Origin: Anthoceros angustus
Lineage: Eukaryota > Plantae > Anthocerotophyta
Assembly (NCBI GenBank): GCA_010909165.1
Contig: VJWM01000280.1
Location: 1-64,000 of the forward strand
DNA: 64,000 bases
Reading direction: 5' to 3'
Shown: positions 60,921 to 64,000 of the stretch, in pieces
Position numbering within the stretch: position 1 is the stretch's first letter
Layout of the letters: every line of letters begins with the position of its first letter
Notes under the pieces: generated by a model
Told to the model about the DNA's origin: nothing
The model's input: the letters and a program-made list of their open reading frames with translations, nothing else
Databases searched by the model: none
Program-made: the position numbers and the translations under genes

Positions 60921-61985
60921 CTATTTGATTGAAGGCAAGTTCACGGTAGCATAATCTAAGGCTCAATTCGAGCTCTTCCAAACAAAAATTCCCACTTTGC
61001 AAAAACCATGCCGGTACTATAACGGATGCATGCGGACGCAAAAATCGGTAAGTGCTCTTGGCGTACTCACCGCCACATTACATGCGTCGGCAATGCTCTT
61101 GAGCGAGCTGCAGTTCCCTCGAGATCTTCTGGACCATGTATATAACTCCGGTGACCGATCGTGGGGAGCTTGGATATCAATTTTGTTTTCCGAGGGCACT
61201 CACGGCTTGAAAGAGCTCTGACTTTCCTTGCGCATTTCGAGCTGGAACAAAGCAGTCTTGCAAAATCCTTGGGCGGATAGCTTTGACGCGACGCGGATTT
61301 CCTCGTGCTGCTCGTCATGCACGGCCCTCATTTCTAGGAGGTCCACCAACTTCCCAACAACCCCTGGTCAAGGCTATAGCTGCAGTACCCAAAGCCTCGT
61401 AGATTTCTTGCATTGACCGAGGAGTCCTTTCTTCTTTACAAGCCACGTACATAGCAGCAGCCACATCGTCTCTTCACAACTCCCTTTTCTCAAGACCCTC
61501 GCCTTCTTGTACAAGGAACTTGCCAATACCGCGTGTTGTGCACAATTCTCATTCTTTCTGCGAGCTCAAATCCTATCAAAGGCGGATATCGTCACGTCAT
61601 GAGTGGGAACCCGTGCATTCGTGTTCCGCAGGTGTGGATGCAACCCATTTTTCCTTTGCGAGCTCAAATCCTATCAAAGGCGGATATCGGTGGTCATGAG
61701 TGGGAACCCGTGCATTCGTGTTCGCAGTGTGGATGCAACCCATTTTTCCTTGCGCTGTAGTGCGGATGCAAGTGGTTAGGCCAGCATGGTCGAGCAAGTC
61801 ATCCGTGTCGTGGACGTCCCACACGCTCCTTCTCCTCGTGCTCGGTGTCATTATCGAACTTCCTATATTCCAAGGTTTCGTCGACACGACGTTCTTCTAA
61901 CACTAGACCGCACTGCAAAATCATCTCGGACACTGTCCTCATAAATCTCTGTCTTTATCTTGCACTCTAGACATTTCAGCTCCAT
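60921..61985 (-). pseudogene. TFIIB: TFIIB-like copy with an internal ~95-bp duplication
   Basis: GCGAGCTCAAATCCTATCAAAGGCGGATATC...CAACCCATTTTTCCTT repeated at ~61560 and ~61657. Confidence 0.82.
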
Positions 61986-63554
61986 ATTCTCTGTCCCGAG
62001 ATAATTAAAAAGTGGAATGTGTAGCCTTGAAATCGTTAACCCACGAGGGCTTTGGACAATGAGTGACTAAGCACAATGATTGTTTTTCAAACAAGAAAGG
62101 ATTCCAGTGACCTTGAACCTTGACACCTTACGAGGGGCTTGTCCAATGTTTATGAATATATGTAAGTCGCATCCCTCATTTATATACCCAAGTTTTCCTT
62201 GGCCCTTGGGAATCTTACGTGGAATTTTGCATCCCGAAACCCCCTAATTACCATGGGCCAAGGAACAATCATCCTTGGATTTCGTCATCCCCTTTTTTTC
62301 CCCTTAAATTCGCCCCACTTCCTTCGAGGTTGATTCCGTCCTTGGACTTTGGCCTCACAAATTTTTCCACAAAGTTCTTCTTTCTCAGAACGCCGGGACG
62401 CCAAGAGTCCGCTAGCCTACTTGCGCCTCGGGACGCCGGGAGTCTGCCGTCCTATTGGCGCACTCCCGGCACACCCGCAAGGCCAAGATGCACGGAGTCC
62501 GTCGGCCTACCCGCACGATCGAGCCTCCCACTCCCCAATGCGACGTTCTCTCGGCCCACGGTTTAGGGTTATCGGGCCTACCACTCCCGAGTCGCCGTCC
62601 TTTCGGCCCTCCGTGAGACTTCTCACCGGTGAGTGCACGATGGCATCGTGCAATCCCGACCAGAATCGGTGAAGCTTGAGAAACCGTTTTAATTTTTGAA
62701 AGTGTTTCGTAGAAAGGGCCTATGTAAATTAGCCTACTTGTACCAAATATCAAAGGCTATCGCGGTCAAGCTATGTTGGAGCTTGAAATGACAACTTGCA
62801 TGCGAGAAGGAAAACTGAAGTCAACCAAGAACAACCTTTAGACTAAACCACATCCTTGTAGGCGGTGAAAACCAAGCGTGGGATGAAAACAATCACTACT
62901 ATTCAAGTTTTGAAAAGGGTGGAGACCCCATTAAAAGCGTTGAGCGTTTTTAGAGGACTTAACTTTCTCGAAGGAGAAGCTCTTTTGCCCACCAAAATTT
63001 TCAAACCTCCTAGGAGCAAAGATTTGCATAGTACTAAATTGCAATCAAGAATGTAGGTCGCTAGAATGAAGGTGGCGAGATAGTCTAAAATCTTATGTGA
63101 AACGAGTCATGTCCATGCACACGATGTTTGATTTAACGTAAGCAAAAATCTTGTCACTAAAGGGCGTGGACGAAGGTCTTTTTCCAATCCATGAAGTCCA
63201 TCGGCAAACCTTTAACTTTGCATGGTCGGGAGTGTGCATGAGTGTAAGTGTTGGGAATGCGTGTTGATGACCGTGGAATGCGATGCGGATGTATGGATGG
63301 GCGCGGGTCGGATGCATAGGATTCAAACATTGGATTAATGGAGGAGTCTCGGTCACGGCAGCTATGTCGACTATGTGCGACGCGACATACTCCTCACATC
63401 ATTCTTGGCACCCGGGACAAACATTTGACCCCTTGCTTCAAGCATAACAAATTGGCCGTCATAATGCACATCTATTGATACATTTAATTTTACGTAGTGA
63501 GAAAAAGTCACGACCATGCGCATGCTAGTATGTGAGCTCAAGCACACAGCTGAG

Positions 63555-64000
63555 CTATTTGATTGAAGGCAAGTTCACAACAGATAATCTAAGGCTCAAT
63601 TCGAGCTCTTCCAAACAAAAATTCCCACTTTGCAAAAACCATGCCGGTACTATAACGGATGCATGCGGACGCAAAAATCGGTAAGTGCTCTTGAGCGTAC
63701 TCACCGCCACATTACATCGTCGGCAATGCTCTTGAGCGAGCTGCAGTTCCCTCGAGATCTTCTGGACCATGTATATAACTCCGGTGACCGATCGTGGGAG
63801 CTTGGATATCGAATTTTGTTTTCCGAGGGCACTCACGGCTTGAAAGACAGCTCGCACTTCCTTGCGCATTTCGAGCTGGAACAAAAGCAGTCTTTGCAAA
63901 ATCCTTGGGCCGGATAGCTTTGGACGCGCACGGCGGATTTCCTCGGGTGCGCGGCTCGTCATGCACGGCCCTCATTTCTAGGAGGTCCACCAACTTCCCA
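63555..64000 (-). CDS. TFIIB: 3' half of a TFIIB-like copy (truncated by window end)
   Basis: ORF 63555-63962 ...VIYMVQKISRELQL...NVAVSTLKSTYRFLRPHASVIVPAWFLQSGNFCLEEL...NLPSIK*. Confidence 0.85.

Larger units (their letters stand above)
56617..64000 (-). repeat. TFIIB-gene tandem array, right block (continues beyond the window)
   Basis: Resumes exactly at the CACTA TSD; unit markers at ~58176 and 62101; internal rearrangements at ~56805, 59755, 60310 and 61660. Confidence 0.95.

Overview
Repeat-dense eukaryotic DNA, most likely from a non-seed land plant (inferred from a PLS/E-type PPR fragment, an Athila-like Ty3/Gypsy element, a CACTA element and a plant-type TFIIB C-terminus). Pervasive 1-bp indels suggest an unpolished long-read consensus, so frameshifts cannot be read as proof of pseudogenisation. 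The backbone is a tandem array of ~2.45-2.5 kb units, each carrying an intronless, full-length (~315 codon) divergent TFIIB paralogue on the minus strand (22877-23100, 28904-42645, 56617-64000). Three large insertions interrupt the array. (i) An Athila-like LTR retrotransposon (<1-22876, minus) with ~3.6 kb LTRs that each contain a long ORF; its 3' LTR holds a nested Ty3/Gypsy element (3486-13017). That nested element encodes a DNMT3-like C5 cytosine methyltransferase between protease and RT and a PHD finger after integrase, and has split direct repeats (A1-ORFs-B1-A2-B2) instead of normal LTRs. (ii) A 5.8 kb unclassified insert with a multi-exon unknown gene (23101-28903). (iii) A 14 kb CACTA transposon with perfect 30-bp TIRs and an ATT TSD (42646-56616), carrying PPR and LINE-like fragments. 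No rRNA, tRNA or CRISPR array was found. Domain assignments are by eye from manual translation, not from database searches; most internal domain boundaries are approximate.
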